Positions 62,021 through 64,000 of a stretch of DNA of 64,000 bases are shown here, piece after piece (position 1 is the first letter of the stretch; the number at the start of each line of letters is the position of its first letter). Made by a program: the position numbers and the translations under genes. The notes under the pieces were generated by a model. The model did no database searches, had not been told where the DNA came from, and was given only the letters and a program-made list of their open reading frames with translations. The DNA lies in contig JYFJ02001538.1 of the NCBI GenBank assembly GCA_000934665.2, forward strand, positions 1-64,000. Reading direction: 5' to 3'. The DNA comes from Catajapyx aquilonaris. Taxonomy: Eukaryota.

Positions 62021-64000
62021 ATTATATCACAAATCACAATATCAGAAGGTCCGACCCGGTGCTTGGGATCAGAAATGGATCACACTGGCAGTGATCTATC
62101 ACTCTTTTTTCTTAAATTCATAAATGCTACCGCTTTTGTGCTGACAGGAACCCCCTCTATATAATTAGTGGCTCCTTAAACAGACGCGGTGACAGCCCAT
62201 TTAAGTTTCACCTGACGCGTGAATGACGTGATTGTTGATTTTTATTACCAATATTTACCACCCTTCTTCCTCTCGGAATGTTGGATTATGAATGGGCGCC
62301 ATTTAGAAGGGCATGCATGCGTTTGTAAGTGCGAAGAAAGGCGGGAGAAAGGGCGTCGAAGCTGCGTGCGGATCCGATTGCCTCTTAGCACTCACATTGT
62401 TATCAGGGGCGGTTTTTAAAAAGGGCGCCTTGTGGAAATGAAAGGACCCTACTTCGAAATGCAAAAAAGAAAAGAAAAAAAAGTGTGGGTACATAAAAAG
62501 ATCTCTCTAGCTCTGAAAGGAGTGCTTTCCGGTTTTGGAAGACGCCTAGAGGCGTGTCGGGTGTGAAGGTGAAAGACAGGGTGCAGCATTCTGATATTTC
62601 TCTGCTTCCCAAGTCCCTCATCCACTGGCCTGACCACCTATTCAGAATACCCCTAAAGGTTGTCACACCTTTAAAAGGCGAGCTTAATTCTGGAGCAACA
62701 TATTTCAGGTGTAATCAGGCCCTTGATTGGACATATCTGTCCAGCGCCATCTACCGGTGGCGTCATCTTACTATACTGTTACTGGCCGATTTATTTGTCA
62801 TTTTTTTTCATTTTTTGGTCCAAGAGGTCGACGTAAGGTCGCTTGTTATGGTCCCCGGTTTTGGAAGGGCTCAAAGCCACAGTAAAAACAAACCGAATGA
62901 AGGGGTATCATTCAGCGGCTCATCTCGCGGCCTCTTCCTCAACGATATTTTAATTGGCTGGCTTTCGTGCATCTAAATGGCAGCTTCCGACAGGAAGGGC
63001 ACTTGTTGATTTTTTGAACCCAGAAAATATCGAGATATACCAGGGGCTGCCCCGGGGCGTAGTGTTTACTGGGATTTCACACACTGACATGTTGCTTTCT
63101 TGGCATTATTTTTAGCGTTGACACACGTTTGCGTTTGATATAGCTTTTTACTGAGATCGTGATTGGTAACCGTGAAGCACCTTTTCACAGACCTCCCATA
63201 AAGGATGCTGAAAAAAAAATACAGGTCTCAGGATCACATTGCTTCCGCTAAGTTTGATCTCAACAAGGCACCTTTGTTTGGGAGGTTGGCTTAAAGGTGC
63301 TAAGGGGGAGGCCATTTTTTTTTCTTCTTCTTTCGAAAAGGATGTAGGTGAGGGCTTTAGAATTTTTGTGAGGGTTTATTGCCACTGCCACCAGGTGACT
63401 AGGCAGCGTAAATAAAATTCTCAACCCCCCCACCAAAAAGCTGTTGCTTTATGGATTTTGATGGTGGCTAGCCTGCCACGTGTTGCCGCCGCCATTTCCA
63501 TACAGTCTGACGATACCACCCACAACGCCATTTGTTTCAAAGTCACGACAAGTTGACACATCATTTGCTTCCTGCATTTCCCTCAAAAACGGTGGCTATA
63601 TATATTAATGAACCCACTTGTTTTTTTTGTACATAAAAAAATGATTAACGACCCAGGGCAATGCATCTCCATAAAATTAATTATTACGTATATCCACAAT
63701 TGTTAAGTTGCGCCCGACAGGTCATCTCCATTACAAACCACACCCCAGCGTGCGTTTGGCATAACACCAACACCTGCTCTGAATATGTTAAAAAAGCTAG
63801 ATCGGTGAAAGTGGTGCATCTAAGCCGGTGATGGATGGTAGACACACTCACTAGGTGGGCACGCTATATGGTTGTTAAAACAGAAAAAAAAAACACATTT
63901 TCATTGCGAACAGTACGCCATGACTTCCCCTTGTTTATAGCCCAACCCCTAACCCAGCCGGAAATTAGATTTTGGAGGGGGCGTCTGTTTTTTTTTATTA

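Noticed and set aside
61835..62164. 109-aa ORF with NIMLHYINSL repeats
   Set aside because: Translation of the 30-bp minisatellite.

Overview
Eukaryotic, intron-rich genomic DNA, very probably from an arthropod (inferred from a Zasp52-type PDZ-ZM-LIM gene and a tolkin/tolloid-like protease). I reconstructed six protein-coding genes by hand from splice sites and reading-frame phase. From left to right: a tolloid/BMP1-like metalloprotease (- strand, first three exons, runs off the left edge); Zasp52-like (-, 15 exons, ~783 aa); METAP1 (-, 7 exons, ~379 aa); prefoldin subunit 1 (-, 4 exons, ~127 aa); splicing factor SF1 (+, 8 coding exons, ~724 aa, head-to-head with PFDN1); and a compact FRAS1-like basement-membrane protein that appears complete (-, 18 exons, ~1,775 aa). 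The FRAS1-like protein has a signal peptide, 6 CSPG repeats, 2 Calx-beta domains, a transmembrane helix and a C-terminal GTEV motif, and the gene has one GC-AG intron. Introns and intergenic DNA hold many non-autonomous TIR/foldback elements, some nested, plus two decayed Tc1/mariner-family transposases, a Helitron-like element and several micro- and minisatellites. About 55-64 kb has no gene I can support. The best leads are the reduced FRAS1 homolog, the 1.3-kb foldback nested in SF1 intron 1, and candidate autoregulatory features of SF1 (poison exons and a spliced uORF). Coordinates were read by eye and family assignments come from motif recognition, not database searches.
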